Below are positions 20,425 to 31,752 of a stretch of DNA of 64,000 nucleotides, in pieces. Positions within the stretch are counted from its first letter, which is position 1; the number at the start of each line of letters is the position of its first letter. Position numbers and translations under genes: made by a program. Origin of the DNA: Hydrurus foetidus (taxonomy: Eukaryota). Below the pieces are notes generated by a model. The model did no database searches and was not told where the DNA came from. It worked only from the letters and a program-made list of their open reading frames with translations. The stretch is from positions 1 through 64,000 of the forward strand of contig UYFQ01000506.1 in NCBI GenBank assembly GCA_900617105.1. The letters run 5' to 3'.

Positions 20425-20443
20425 TCTAGATTGCTTGTCTAGA
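20425..20443. promoter_or_regulatory. Probable vapBC autoregulatory operator
   Basis: TCTAGA-N7-TCTAGA dyad just upstream of the vapB RBS. Confidence 0.5.
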
Positions 20444-20453
20444 AACGGAGGTT

Positions 20454-20753
20454 GTGGTGGCGCTCAGCATCAAGACCGAAGAAGCCGACCGCCTGGCGCG
20501 CGACCTGTCCCGCCTGACCGGCGAGACCATGACCCAGGCCGTGACCGTGGCCCTGCGCGAGCGGCTGGAGCGCGAGCGGGCCGCCAAGACCGAGACGACG
20601 GAAGAGTTCGTCGCGCGGATCATGGCGTACACAGCCAAGATGCGAGAAGGAGTCGACTGTCGGCCGATCACGCCTGAAGAGTGGCTGGACGCTGGCGGCG
20701 ACGACCTTGACCATGAGCTTGCCGCCAAGGAAAAGGCCCAGGCCCAGCGCTGA
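20454..20753 (+). CDS. vapB: VapB antitoxin (Rv0623-like)
   Basis: [41 protein letters not shown] coupling to vapC. Confidence 0.85.
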   Translation: MVALSIKTEEADRLARDLSRLTGETMTQAVTVALRERLERERAAKTETTEEFVARIMAYTAKMREGVDCRPITPEEWLDAGGDDLDHELAAKEKAQAQR

Positions 20754-21140
20754 TGGTCATCGACACCTCGGCGATCATCGCCATCATCCTTGGCGAGACC
20801 GCTGAGCCGCGCTTGCTCGCAAGAATCGAGGCCGCGAGCGTTCGCGAACTGTCGATGGTCAGCTATGTCGAGGCTGCCACCGTCTTGCTGGCGCGGAATA
20901 TGCCTGGCGCGGCTTGAAGGCTTGCATGGAACGTCTCGCCATCATCCTGGTCCCCGTCGACGAGGCCCAGGGCGCGCCGCCATCAGGGCCAGGATGGCGT
21001 ACGGCAAGGGCACGGGCCATCCCGCCAAGCTGAACCTCGGCGACACCTTCACCTATGCCCTGGCCAAGGTGCGCGGCGCGCCGCTGCTGTTCGTGGGCGA
21101 AGATTTTTCCCATACCGATCTCGTCTCCGCCCTGGCCTGA
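20753..21140 (+). CDS. vapC: VapC PIN-domain toxin (frameshifted)
   Basis: [43 protein letters not shown]. Confidence 0.85.
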
Positions 21141-21142
21141 TT

Positions 21143-22810
21143 TCACGCCGCGACGGGGGTCTTGGCGGCCTGCAGGATCATGGCCGCGCCCTTCTCGCCG
21201 ATCATGATGGTGGGGGCGTTGGTGTTGCCCGAGACCAGGCGCGGCATGATCGAGGCGTCGACGACCCGCAGGCCGTCCACACCGCGCACCCGCAGCTGGG
21301 CGTCGACCACGGCCATGGGCCCGCTGCCCATCGCGCAGGTGCCGACCGGGTGATAGAGGGTCGAGCCCGAGGCCTTGGCATATTCGAGCAGCATCTCGTC
21401 GCTCTCGAAGCCGGGGCCGGGGTTCATCTCCTGCTCGACATATTTGGCGATGGCCGGCTGCTCGCCGATCTTGCGCGCCCATTTGAGGCCGGCGATCGCG
21501 ACCTCCTGGTCCAGCGGATCGGCCAGATAGTTGGCGACGATGGCCGGATACTGCGACGGATCAGCTGACTTGATATGGATCGTGCCGCGGCTTTCCGGGC
21601 GCAGCTGGCAGGGCGCGATGGTCATGCCTGGCGCGTCCTCCAGCTCCATCTTCTGCTCGTTGAACAGCTTGTCCAGATCCATGGTGGCCGGCAGGATGTG
21701 GAACTGGATGTCCGGGCCTGACAGATCGGGCCGGGATTTGCAGAAGGCGGCGACATGCGCCGCCGACAGGGTCAGCAGGCCCTTGCGGAACAGCACATAT
21801 TTCAGCGCCTGGCCCGCCAGTTGGGCGCCCTTGCTCATGGCGTTGATCGACGGCGCGCCGGCCTTCAGGCGGTAGCGCACGCCGGTCAGATAGTGGTCCT
21901 GCAGATTCTCGCCGACGCCGGGAAGGTCGGAAACGACCGCGATGCCGCGCTGGCGCAGCAACTCGCCATTGCCGATGCCCGACAGTTCCAGAAGCTGGGG
22001 CGAATTGATCGCTCCGCCGGCCAGGATCACCTCGGCCCGGGCCTTGGCGGTGCGCTTGACGCCGTTCTGCACGAATTCGACGCCGGCGGCGCGCTTGCCC
22101 TCGAAGATCACGCGGCTGGCCAGGGCGTTGGTTTCGACCTGCAGGTTCGCCCGCTTCATGGCCGGGTGCAGATAGGCGACAGCGGCCGAGCAGCGCGCGC
22201 CGTTCTTCTGGGTCACCTGATACCAGGTGGCGCCTTCCTGATCCTTGCCGTTCAGGTCGTCATAGCGGGGGATGCCGGCCTGGTCGCAGGCCTCGATCAG
22301 GGCCTCTGAAATGACGTTGCCGTCGCGCATGTCGGAGACGTTCAGCGGGCCGCCGGTCGCGTGCAGGTCGCTGGCCCCGCGCTCCTGGTTCTGCGACTTG
22401 CGGAACCAGGGCAGGACGTCGTCCCAGGCCCAGCCTTCGCAGCCCAGCTGGCGCCAGCCGTCATAGTCGGCCTGCTGGCCGCGCACATACAGCATGGCGT
22501 TGATCGAGGACGAACCGCCCAGCACCTTGCCGCGCGGCCAGACGTGGGCGCGCCCGCCGGTGCCCGGATCGGGCTCGGTGGTATAGAGCCAGTTGACCTT
22601 GGGGTCCTTGAGGGTCTGGGCATAGCCGACCGGGATGTGGATCATCAGGTTCGAGGCGAACTGCGAGAGGTTCTTGGTCGGCCGATCATCGCCGCCGGCT
22701 TCCAGCAACAGCACCTTGAAGCGACCATCCTCGGAAAGCCGCGCGGCCAGAACGCAGCCGGCCGAACCGGCCCCGACGATGATGTAGTCCGCCTCGATGG
22801 TCGCGCTCAT
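21143..22810 (-). CDS. GMC oxidoreductase (choline/alcohol dehydrogenase-like)
   Basis: [37 protein letters not shown]. Confidence 0.92.
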   Translation of the reverse strand: MSATIEADYIIVGAGSAGCVLAARLSEDGRFKVLLLEAGGDDRPTKNLSQFASNLMIHIPVGYAQTLKDPKVNWLYTTEPDPGTGGRAHVWPRGKVLGGSSSINAMLYVRGQQADYDGWRQLGCEGWAWDDVLPWFRKSQNQERGASDLHATGGPLNVSDMRDGNVISEALIEACDQAGIPRYDDLNGKDQEGATWYQVTQKNGARCSAAVAYLHPAMKRANLQVETNALASRVIFEGKRAAGVEFVQNGVKRTAKARAEVILAGGAINSPQLLELSGIGNGELLRQRGIAVVSDLPGVGENLQDHYLTGVRYRLKAGAPSINAMSKGAQLAGQALKYVLFRKGLLTLSAAHVAAFCKSRPDLSGPDIQFHILPATMDLDKLFNEQKMELEDAPGMTIAPCQLRPESRGTIHIKSADPSQYPAIVANYLADPLDQEVAIAGLKWARKIGEQPAIAKYVEQEMNPGPGFESDEMLLEYAKASGSTLYHPVGTCAMGSGPMAVVDAQLRVRGVDGLRVVDASIMPRLVSGNTNAPTIMIGEKGAAMILQAAKTPVAA

Positions 22811-23047
22811 CGCTCTCTCCCTAAAGCGCGCTTGGGCGCGCTGCATTTTTTATGTTTAGAGCCCGTCCATGCGGAAAGGCTCGGGGCCGTCTGCGTGTGT
22901 CCGCATGATCGGCGTTCACTCACAATGCGCAGGTCTGGGCCGAACGCAAAGCCTCACCTTGCGTCAGTTGCCGTCGCGGCGCCGTTGGCGCGCCATGTTT
23001 AGGCGCTATCGTCCCACCCACAGAACGACGTTCCCGGGAGACGATGC

Positions 23048-24382
23048 GTGGATTTGATCAGCCAGACAGTGGTGGACGGCAAGGCCGGTCCTGGAGCGGG
23101 AACCACCTATCCGACCCTGCCCGATATCGACCTCGCCGACATCTTCCGCTTCGCCAAGGGTCAGCCCTTCGCCGACTATGCGCGGATGCGGGTCGAGGCG
23201 CCGGTGATGTGGCATGCCGAGCCCTATGGCGGGCCGGGCTTCTGGGCGGTCACGCGGCATGAAGACGTGATGAGCGTCAACGGCGACCCGACCACCTATT
23301 CGTCGCAGCGCGGCGGCATCCTGATGGCCATGGGCCCGCCCGACCGCCGTCACGCCCTGCTGTTCCGGGCGTCGATGGACACCATGATCAATCTCGACGC
23401 GCCGCATCACCTGCAGCTGCGTCGCGAGCACATGCCCTATTTCACCCCGTCCTATCTGCGCGGGATCACCGAGGCGGTGAAGGGTGAGGTCACGCGGCTG
23501 CTCGACGCCATGGAGCCGCTGCTGGAAGGCGGCGCCACCATCGACATGGTCGAGCACTTCTCCAGCGTGCTGCCGCTGTTCACCCTGTGCGAGATCCTGG
23601 GCGTGCCGCCCGAGGATCGCCCCCGGTTCCTCAAGTGGATGCACTATCTGGAGCGCGCCCAGGATCTGGCCGTGCAGCAGGCTGCGGCCCCGATCACCCC
23701 GACGCTTGAGCTCATGCAGTTCGTCATGGACTTCAACAACAACGTCGAGGAGATGTTCGACTACGGCCGGATGATGCTGCTCAAGCGGCGTGAGGATCCC
23801 AAGGAAGACCTGCTGACCGCCATTGCCCGGGCCCAGGTGGACGGCGCCCTGCTGGCCGACGAATATCTGGACGGCTCATGGCTGCTGATCGTGTTCGCGG
23901 GCAATGACACCACGCGCAACACCCTGTCGGGCGCGATGAAGCTGCTGACCGAGTTCCCGGACCAGAAGCAGGCGCTGATCGACAATCCTGGCCTGCTGGG
24001 CGGCGCGGTCGACGAGTTCATCCGCATGGTCAGCCCGGTGATCTACATGCGCCGCACGGCCACAGCCGATGTCGAGCTGAACGGCCAGATGATCCGCGAG
24101 GGCGAGAAGGTCATCATGTACTACGGCGCGGCCAACCGCGATCCGGAGGTGTTCCCCGAGCCCGACCAGCTGGACGTGCGCCGCAAGAACGCGGCCAAGC
24201 ACATCGCCTTCGGCTACGGTCCCCACACCTGCATCGGCAAGCGTGTGGCCCAGATCCAGCTGGAAGAAGCCTATCGCCAGATCCTGGCCCGCTTCCCGGA
24301 CCTGAAGGCCACCGGCGAGATGGAGATCGCGCCCAACAACTTCGTGCACGCCATCAGCAAGCTGATGGTCAAGCGGGGGTAG
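23048..24382 (+). CDS. Cytochrome P450
   Basis: AGNDTT I-helix, EFIR (ExxR), FGYGPHTCIG heme ligand. Confidence 0.95.
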   Translation: MDLISQTVVDGKAGPGAGTTYPTLPDIDLADIFRFAKGQPFADYARMRVEAPVMWHAEPYGGPGFWAVTRHEDVMSVNGDPTTYSSQRGGILMAMGPPDRRHALLFRASMDTMINLDAPHHLQLRREHMPYFTPSYLRGITEAVKGEVTRLLDAMEPLLEGGATIDMVEHFSSVLPLFTLCEILGVPPEDRPRFLKWMHYLERAQDLAVQQAAAPITPTLELMQFVMDFNNNVEEMFDYGRMMLLKRREDPKEDLLTAIARAQVDGALLADEYLDGSWLLIVFAGNDTTRNTLSGAMKLLTEFPDQKQALIDNPGLLGGAVDEFIRMVSPVIYMRRTATADVELNGQMIREGEKVIMYYGAANRDPEVFPEPDQLDVRRKNAAKHIAFGYGPHTCIGKRVAQIQLEEAYRQILARFPDLKATGEMEIAPNNFVHAISKLMVKRG

Positions 24383-24428
24383 TGTCCAACCCCTCCGGAT
24401 CGCGTCGCGCTTTCCGGAGGGGGCAGGG

Positions 24429-25331
24429 CTAGACGGCCGGCGGCCTGGCGAACTGGCCGGCGCGCCAGGCCATCCAGGTGACGCCAAGGCCGATGGCGGT
24501 GCAGACCACCAGGGCCGGCAGCGAGGCCTCGGGGCCGAAGGCGCCGCCGGTCAGCCATTCGGGGAAACCCGGGCGCGCCGTGCTCGACGCCATCGCGGGG
24601 CCGAAGTCGCCGCCGGACACAGCGGCGCCGAACAGATAGCCCTGAGTGAAATTCCAGGCCGCGTGCACGCCGATCGACATCCAGACCCGCCCCGTCAGCG
24701 CATAGAAGGCGCCCAGCATGATCCCGGCCTCCAGCGCGATGGCGATGGCCGCGAACACGGTCGCGTTCGGATTGGGCAGGTGGCCAAAGCCGAACAGGGC
24801 TGCGGAGATCGCGAAGGCCACCCAGGGGCCGAACGCCCTCCAGGTCAGGCGCAGCAGGATGGCGCGGATCATGATCTCCTCGATCACGCCGGACTGAACG
24901 GCCTTGCCGATGGCGATCCAGGCGGGCGCGGCGCCGAGGGCCCGGATGTCATAGAGGCCGAACACGGCCATGATCGCCATCACGGCGGCGAACATCGCCA
25001 CCCCGATCAGCAGGCCCGCAACCAGTTGCGGAAGAGCGGGTCGCCAGGCGATCTCGGACGGCCAGCGTCCTTCGGCCAGTCGTACCGCCAGGGCATAGAC
25101 CCCCAGCCCCACCAGCACCGCCACGATATTGGCCGCCAGCTGCGCCGCGCCGGACGTCTTGGGCAAGGCCTTGCCCAGGGCTTCGCCTGTCGACAGCGAC
25201 GCCAGGGCGATCAGGAAGAACAGCGCCAGGGCCCAGCCGAGGGCCCTGAGCCAGCGCAGCGGTCCGGGATGCAGAAACCGGCGCTCGCCCAGCTCAAGGG
25301 GGTGGGTCCAGCGCGTCATATCGATCTTCAT
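24429..25331 (-). CDS. CPBP/CAAX family intramembrane glutamic endopeptidase
   Basis: EEIMIR, FGFGH, HAAWNF. Confidence 0.85.
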   Translation of the reverse strand: MKIDMTRWTHPLELGERRFLHPGPLRWLRALGWALALFFLIALASLSTGEALGKALPKTSGAAQLAANIVAVLVGLGVYALAVRLAEGRWPSEIAWRPALPQLVAGLLIGVAMFAAVMAIMAVFGLYDIRALGAAPAWIAIGKAVQSGVIEEIMIRAILLRLTWRAFGPWVAFAISAALFGFGHLPNPNATVFAAIAIALEAGIMLGAFYALTGRVWMSIGVHAAWNFTQGYLFGAAVSGGDFGPAMASSTARPGFPEWLTGGAFGPEASLPALVVCTAIGLGVTWMAWRAGQFARPPAV

Positions 25332-25858
25332 GATGTCGGGTGCTCAGGGGTAAGCTTGCTTGAAGGGGCAGGCGAGGCGTGGTCCGGCGCGGAAAGCGTC
25401 TGGGTCTGCGCCAGGATCCGCTGGCCGAACGGCCGGTGGCTCAGGGCGGTGATCGCTTCGCGGATGACGCCGGACAGCGGGGCCGAAAGCTCGGCGTCCA
25501 TAGCGTCGGCGGCGGCGTTGACCGCGGCCCACTGGCGTTGAAGGGCCGGGACCATGGCCTGCGCCTTGGGCGTCAGGGCGACGATGCGCTCGCGGGCGTC
25601 GGCGCCCGGCTTCAGCTCGACCAGGTCGTCCTTGACCATCTGCGCGACCGTCTGGCTGACGGCCGAATGGCTGATGCCGATCTTCAGCGCCAGCGCTTTG
25701 ATCGACGCCGGGCCCAGGCTCATCAGGCCTCGCAGAACCGGCGTATAGCGCGGTCGCCAGGCCAGGCCGGCGGTGGTGTAGGCCGCCTGCACATCGCCAT
25801 CCAACAGTTCGATCAGGTGGTGCAGCAGGGTGCCAAGCGTGGGGGAAGGCGATGACAT
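25328..25858 (-). CDS. MarR-family winged-helix regulator
   Basis: SIKALA..ISHSAVSQTV..DARER..LTPK. Confidence 0.8.
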   Translation of the reverse strand: MSSPSPTLGTLLHHLIELLDGDVQAAYTTAGLAWRPRYTPVLRGLMSLGPASIKALALKIGISHSAVSQTVAQMVKDDLVELKPGADARERIVALTPKAQAMVPALQRQWAAVNAAADAMDAELSAPLSGVIREAITALSHRPFGQRILAQTQTLSAPDHASPAPSSKLTPEHPTS

Positions 25859-25865
25859 CCAGATA

Positions 25866-25887
25866 ATGTATAAGCACTGTTATATAT
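25866..25887. promoter_or_regulatory. AT-rich dyad, probable MarR operator
   Basis: ATGTATAA-N6-TTATATAT immediately upstream of the MarR start. Confidence 0.45.
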
Positions 25888-25990
25888 CGTCAAGGCGCGA
25901 TCGAGCGTGTCGCACGCAAGTCTGGGGAGAAGGAACGTTGCCCCAATTTCATACGCATGTTTGACTGACCTAAAATCAGGAGGAACACCC

Positions 25991-26875
25991 ATGCCATCCC
26001 CCACCTTCGAGACCCTGCTCTATGACGTCGAGGACGGGATCGCGACGATCACCCTGAACCGGCCCGAGCGGATGAACGCCTTCACCGCCCGGATGATGAA
26101 GGACCTGATCGAGGTGTTCGACGTCACCGACGCCGATGACGACGTGAAGGTGGTGATCGTCACCGGCGCGGGCCGGGCGTTCTGCGCCGGGGCCGATCTG
26201 GGCGGCGGCGGGGCGACCTTCGATCGCACCTCGCCCCAGGCGCTGGAGCGCGAAGAGGGCAAGGTCGGCGACATCTATCGCGACGGCGGCGGCCGCTGCA
26301 CCCTGCGCATGTACGAGAGCCTGAAACCCATCATCGCCGCCGTGAACGGCGCGGCCGTGGGCGTGGGCGTGACCATGCAGCTGCCGATGGACATCCGCCT
26401 GGCCTCGACCGACGCCAAGTTCGGCTTCGTGTTCGCGCGGCGCGGCATCAATCCGGAAGCGGCCTCGTCCTGGTTCCTGCCGCGCCTGGTCGGCCTGCAG
26501 ACGGCGCTGGAATGGTGCTATACCGGCCGGGTGTTCGGCGCGCAGGAAGCGCTGGATCGCGGGCTGGTCCGCTCGCTGCACGCGCCCGAAGACCTGCTGC
26601 CCGCCGCCCGGGCCCTGGCCCGCGAGATCGCCGACAATTCAGCCCCGGTTTCGATCGCCCTGACCCGCCAGTTGCTGTGGCGCATGGCCGGCGCCGATCA
26701 TCCGATGGAAGCCCACAAGGCCGACAGCCGGGCCATCCAGGCGCGGGGCGCGGCCGCCGACGCCAAGGAAGGGGTCACCTCGTTCCTGGAGAAGCGCACG
26801 CCGGTCTATCCCGACAAGGTCTCGACCGACCTGCCCGATATCTGGCCCCAATGGGGCGAGCACCCGTTTAGCTGA
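25991..26875 (+). CDS. Crotonase/enoyl-CoA hydratase family protein
   Basis: ITLNRPERMNA, AFCAGADL, KPIIAAVNGAAVGVG. Confidence 0.92.
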   Translation: MPSPTFETLLYDVEDGIATITLNRPERMNAFTARMMKDLIEVFDVTDADDDVKVVIVTGAGRAFCAGADLGGGGATFDRTSPQALEREEGKVGDIYRDGGGRCTLRMYESLKPIIAAVNGAAVGVGVTMQLPMDIRLASTDAKFGFVFARRGINPEAASSWFLPRLVGLQTALEWCYTGRVFGAQEALDRGLVRSLHAPEDLLPAARALAREIADNSAPVSIALTRQLLWRMAGADHPMEAHKADSRAIQARGAAADAKEGVTSFLEKRTPVYPDKVSTDLPDIWPQWGEHPFS

Positions 26876-26994
26876 CGCAGTTTGGTCGCGGTTCGGCGTC
26901 ATCGTGTCGCGCACGCCGAACCGACCCGCTCATCGGACGTTAATGAGGATCTGATCAGTTCGGGATGACGGCTGATTTGACCGTCAGGATCACC

Positions 26995-28216
26995 ATGAGC
27001 GAACCCGCGCCGATCACCCCGTTTCCGCAAGCCGAGGCTCAAAAGCCGCCGGCGCGTTCGCGCGCGGCCCTGCTCAAGCGCCTGGCCGACGTGGTTTGCC
27101 TGCCCGCCAGCCGGGTCAACGCCTTTGAACGGGCCATGACCGCCGACCTGCTGGTCGAGATGCTGCGCGATGCGGTCACCGAGGAGCGCGAGAAGGTCGC
27201 CCGTCGCCTGGCCAATCTGGTCGAGATGCCCGGCACGCTGATCCGCCTGATCCTGCGCGACGAGATTTCGGTGGCGCGCGCGCTGCTGGAAAACTCGCCA
27301 AGCCTGGGTGACGCCGACCTGATCGACTGCGCCCGCAGCGCCACCACCGAGCACCGGCGGATGATCGCCCAGCGCCGCGGCGTGGGCGAGATGGTCGCCG
27401 ACGCCCTGGTCGAGGCCGGCGAGGCCGGTCGTTGAAGTCCTGCTGCGCAATGAACTGGTGAAGTTCAGCCATCACACGATCGAGACCGTGGTGGCCATGT
27501 CACGCGACAATCCGCGCCTGCTGCCGCTGCTGCTGCGCCGGGCCGAGCTTCGCCCCAGCCATGCCTATGTGATGTTCTGGTGGGCGGACGCCGACGCCCG
27601 CAAGCTGATCCTGCAACGCTTCGCCGTTTCGCGGGAGATCCTGCAGGACGCGGTGGGCGACCTGTTCGCCGTGGCCTCCGAGGAGGGCTGGCAGGACCCG
27701 ATGTCGCGCAAGGCCCTGCAGTTCATCGAGCGTCGCCAGCGCAACCGCGCCGCCATCGCCAAGAGCCCGTTCGACAGCCTCGACGACGCCATCGCCGCCG
27801 CCCAGAACGGCATGACCCGCGACGTGGCCGAAGAGATCTCCTACCTGTCGGGCCTCAAGCCCATGACCGGCGCCAAGATCTTCACCGATCCAGGCGGCGA
27901 GCCGCTGGCGATCCTGTGCAAGGCCACCGGCCTGCCGCGCACGGCGATCAAGGCCCTGTGGCGGGGTCTGCGCCGTCCCGAGGTCGACTCGACCGGCGCC
28001 ATGGTTCCGGCGCTGGAGCGGGTGATGGCGGTGTTCGACATGATCGCCGTCGATCGCGCCCAGACCGTGCTGCGCTACTGGAACTGGTCGCTGTCCTCGG
28101 CCCTGACCCCGGCCCTGCTGAAGGCGATCCGTGAGGGCGACGAGGCGGCTGTGGACGAATATTCGGTGCCCCAGCGCGCGGCGATGCTAGCGCTATCACG
28201 CGACTTTGGTCGCTAA
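26995..28216 (+). CDS. DUF2336 domain protein (frameshift near 27430)
   Basis: RDEISVARALLENSPSL.DADL, HRRMIAQR, LLRN. Confidence 0.8.
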
Positions 28217-28414
28217 CTCAAATATCATTGAACGCATTCGTCCAATTGTTGCCGGGTGATGTTGAACTCAACCCCAGTGCGCCACCCCGCCAGATGAATT
28301 GACGTGTACTGTTGATTTCTGGATATTGCCGCCTGCGGCTATTGTCGGTATCCACGCGATGACTGATTTTCGGAATCAGCAAAGAACAAGCAAAATCGCG
28401 ACGGGCTAGATCAG

Positions 28415-28834
28415 ATGGACGACCATTCGGACCTCCTCGACATGACGGCGGGCATTGTCTCGGCCTATGTCGGCAACAACACCGTGACGGCGACCGATGT
28501 GCCGGCGCTGATCCGGCAGGTTCACAGCGCCCTGTCGGCGATCGGTGGTCCCGTCGAGGTCGCGCCCGCCGCGCCCAGGGAACCTGCGGTTCCGGTCAAG
28601 CGCTCGATCGCGGCCGACCACCTCGTGTGCCTGGAGGATGGTCGCAAGTTCAAGTCGCTCAAGCGCCACCTGCGCACCAAGTACGACATGAGCCCCGAAG
28701 AGTACCGGGCCAAGTGGAACCTGCCCAAGGACTACCCGATGGTCGCCCCCAACTACGCCAAGGCGCGTTCGGAGCTCGCCAAGTCCATGGGCCTGGGGCA
28801 GGGCGGTCGCAAACCGCCGCGCGGCGGAAAATAG
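28415..28834 (+). CDS. mucR2: MucR/Ros family regulator, Cys-containing type
   Basis: LVCLEDGRKFKSLKRHL..YRAKWNLPKDYPMVAPNY. Confidence 0.92.
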   Translation: MDDHSDLLDMTAGIVSAYVGNNTVTATDVPALIRQVHSALSAIGGPVEVAPAAPREPAVPVKRSIAADHLVCLEDGRKFKSLKRHLRTKYDMSPEEYRAKWNLPKDYPMVAPNYAKARSELAKSMGLGQGGRKPPRGGK

Positions 28835-28880
28835 CCGAGTCGGATCAAGCGCTTGCCGCCATGGCGGCCTGAAATCCTCG

Positions 28881-28914
28881 ACGCCCGCGCTCCGAACCGG
28901 AGGGCGGGCGTTTC
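28881..28914 (+). terminator. Terminator after mucR2
   Basis: ACGCCCGC...GCGGGCGT followed by TTC. Confidence 0.6.
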
Positions 28915-29035
28915 GCTTGCGGATTGACTCTTTACCGAAATCTTGGCTGGCGACGCTGTTTTTGCTTGCTCGCGATTCGGTCCTTAAGCGATAGTGAATC
29001 GTCGTGATTCCAACGGCTTGTTAAGGAATCTGAAG

Positions 29036-29523
29036 ATGAACGCGCAGTTGAGCGCATCGGCCTCTGCGGCCCGCGCTCACCAGGAGATGTTCGCCTACTG
29101 GGCGTCACTCCGACGGGGGGCCCTCCCGGCGCGTGCGGACCTGAATCCGCTCGGCATCAAGCGCATGCTGCCCACCGTCAGCCTGATCGACGTGATCAAC
29201 GAGCCGCGCGACTATCGCCTGCGTCTGGCCGGCACGGCCTGTACGGCGTCTATGGCCGCGAGATCACCGGCAAGGGTCTGTCGGAAGTCTACAACACCGC
29301 CGCCGGCGACTACTGGCGCAAGGAGCTGGACAAGGTGGTCGATGGCCGCCGTCCGGGCGTCGGCGTCCACAGCATGGCCTGGCGCGGCGCGCCGCACATG
29401 TCGATCCTGTGGCTGCGCCTGCCGCTGGCCAGCAACGGCAAGGACGTCGACATGATCCTCGGCTATGACGCGGTGATCGGCTCGGCCTCGGATCACGGCT
29501 TCAGCGGCATCCGCGCGGCCTGA
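29036..29523 (+). CDS. Stand-alone PAS domain protein (PAS_5/DUF1457-like; frameshifted)
   Basis: FAYWASLR..LPARADLNP..LP.VSLIDV..YRLRLAGT; LRLPL..VDMILG. Confidence 0.75.
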
Positions 29524-29526
29524 TCC

Positions 29527-30436
29527 TCACCCCTCCAGAAACGCCTCGACCTCGCGCTTGCTGGGCATGGACGGCGCGGCGCCGGACTTCTGCACCGACA
29601 GGGCGGCGGCGGCGTTGGCCATTTCGACGGCTTCGCGCAGATCCATATTGATCGACAGGCAGGCCGCCAGGGCGCCGCAGAAGCAGTCGCCGGCCCCGGT
29701 GGTGTCGAGGGCCTTGACCTTGCGGCCCTCGATCAGGAAGGCCTCGTCGCGGCGGATGCAGGCCACGCCCGCTGCGCCCAGGGTGACGATCACCACCTGG
29801 TCAGGGCGGCTCATCAGCTTGCGCGACGCGCGCGACACCTCTTCCAGCCGCACGGGCTCCTGGTCGAGCTTGGCGTAGGTGGCCAGTTCGGTCTGGTTGA
29901 GGATCAGGATGTCGGTCAGCGGAAACAGCGCCGCGCCCTGGGGCAGGGCGGGGGCGGCGTTCAGCATCCGCAGGGCGCCCTTGGCGGCGCCGGCCCGGAA
30001 CAGGGTCTCGATCGCGTGGGCCGGGGATTCCAGCTGGCTGAGCAGGATCCGCTGGGCGTCCAGCGACGTGGCGGCCACGTGTTGCGGGGTGATAGCGGCG
30101 TTGGCGCCGCTGGTCACCACGATCATGTTCTCGCCGCTGGACGCCACCCAGACATGGGCCTGGCCCGTCGGGACACCGGGCAGCTCCAGGACATCGCCGA
30201 CCTGCACGCCATATTCCGACAGCTTGGTCTTCAGCCCGGGGCCGGCGTCTTCCTTGCCCACCGCGCCCATCAGCCGGGTCGGGGCCCATGCGTGCGGCGG
30301 CCACCGCCTGGTTGGCGCCCTTGCCGCCGGGAAACAGCTCCAGCGACAGGCCCGCCACCGTCTCGCCCGGACGCGGCAGGTCATCAACCCGCGCGACGGC
30401 GTCCAGATTGATGGAACCCAGAACAAAGACGCTCAT
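29527..30436 (-). CDS. rbsK: Ribokinase (PfkB family; frameshift near 30290)
   Basis: [29 protein letters not shown]. Confidence 0.88.
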
Positions 30437-30446
30437 AGCCTGACCC

Positions 30447-31244
30447 TTAACCCCCAGCGCCGCGCTGGAAACTCTCAACAAGACTGCCTGCAACGAGTCG
30501 CCAGCCGTCCACCAGGACGAAGAAGATCAGCTTGAACGGCAGACTGATTGTGGCTGGCGGCAGCATCATCATGCCCATGCTCATCAGCACGCTGGCGACC
30601 ACCAGGTCGATGACCAGGAAGGGGATGAACAGCAGAAAGCCGATCGTGAAGGCGCGCTTCAGTTCGGAAATCATGAAGGCCGGCGTCACCACCTTCAGCG
30701 GGGTGTCTGCGGCGGTCTTGGGCGTGGGGATCTTCGACAGGCGCACAAACAGGGCCAGGTCCTCGCGATCCACCTGCTTGAGCATGAATTCCTTCACCGG
30801 CCCGCCAGCCGCCTCGAACGCCTCGGGCAGCTCCATCTGCTTGTCCAGCAGCGGCTTGACGCCCAGATCGTAGGACCGCTCGAAGGTCGGGCCCATGACG
30901 ATGGCGGTCAGGAACAGGGCCAGGCTGATGATCACCGGATTGGGCGGGCTCTGCTGCACGCCGATGGCGGTGCGCAAAAGGCCCAGCACCACGACGATGC
31001 GCACGAACGAGGTGGTCATGATCACGATCGACGGCGCCAGCGACAGCACCGTCAGCAGGCCGACCATCTGGACGACGCGCTCGGACAGTCCCGCGCCGGT
31101 GCCCAGGTTCACATTGATCGCCGACGAGGCGAAGGCGGCGGCCGGCAGCACCGCCGTGCCGAAGGCGACCAGCACCGAGATGATGGCGGCGCGGCGCAGG
31201 TCCTGCGAATTGGCGCCGGTGATGGATTTGATCAGGCTGCGCAT
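30447..31244 (-). CDS. fliP: Flagellar export pore protein FliP
   Basis: [37 protein letters not shown]. Confidence 0.95.
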   Translation of the reverse strand: MRSLIKSITGANSQDLRRAAIISVLVAFGTAVLPAAAFASSAINVNLGTGAGLSERVVQMVGLLTVLSLAPSIVIMTTSFVRIVVVLGLLRTAIGVQQSPPNPVIISLALFLTAIVMGPTFERSYDLGVKPLLDKQMELPEAFEAAGGPVKEFMLKQVDREDLALFVRLSKIPTPKTAADTPLKVVTPAFMISELKRAFTIGFLLFIPFLVIDLVVASVLMSMGMMMLPPATISLPFKLIFFVLVDGWRLVAGSLVESFQRGAGG

Positions 31245-31553
31245 CAGGCCACGGGCTCCGGAGCGGGAACGGCGGGGGAGGGAAGGGCGCCGGCGGGTTT
31301 GGGGCCCCAGTCCAGCAACGTGCCCTCGCCCAGCAGCATCAGGCGCTCCTCGCCGTCCAGGCTGAAGAGCACCAGGCGTCGCGTAGGATCCAGGATCAGG
31401 CTCGACCACCCGCAGCCTGCGCACCTGCCGGGCGTGAACCAGGCGCGTCAGGGCGTCGGGCCCAAAGCGGCGCAGGGCATAGGCGGCCAGGCCGATCAGG
31501 CCCAGGGTGACGGCCAGGGCGGCGATGGCGCGGATGAGTTCCAGAATGTTCAT
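31244..31553 (-). CDS. fliO: FliO family protein (frameshifted)
   Basis: Single TM then RRLRVVE..LDPTRRLVL..EERLMLLGEG across frames; TGATG coupling to fliP. Confidence 0.8.
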
Positions 31554-31722
31554 GACGCCCGGATCGACCAACTCTGCGAGACAAGATGGCGCAGGCGAAA
31601 CACCCGACCATGTCCAGAAGATTTTCGAAGAAAAATCTTCCAGTTCAATAGTTTAGTGCGTGACGGACGCCGAAACCGGCAGCCACTTTCGGCTATCACG
31701 CACTGAATGTGCCTGAGGCTCC

Positions 31723-31738
31723 TTAATGGCCGATTAAC
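31723..31738 (+). promoter_or_regulatory. CtrA binding box in the fliO/flgB intergenic region
   Basis: TTAA-N7-TTAAC. Confidence 0.85.
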
Positions 31739-31752
31739 CCTGTTTCTTCACC

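Noticed and set aside
30447..31571. Apparent FliO-FliP fusion ORF (374 aa)
   Set aside because: The middle is out-of-frame FliO sequence; the TGATG overlap at 31242-31246 shows two coupled genes.
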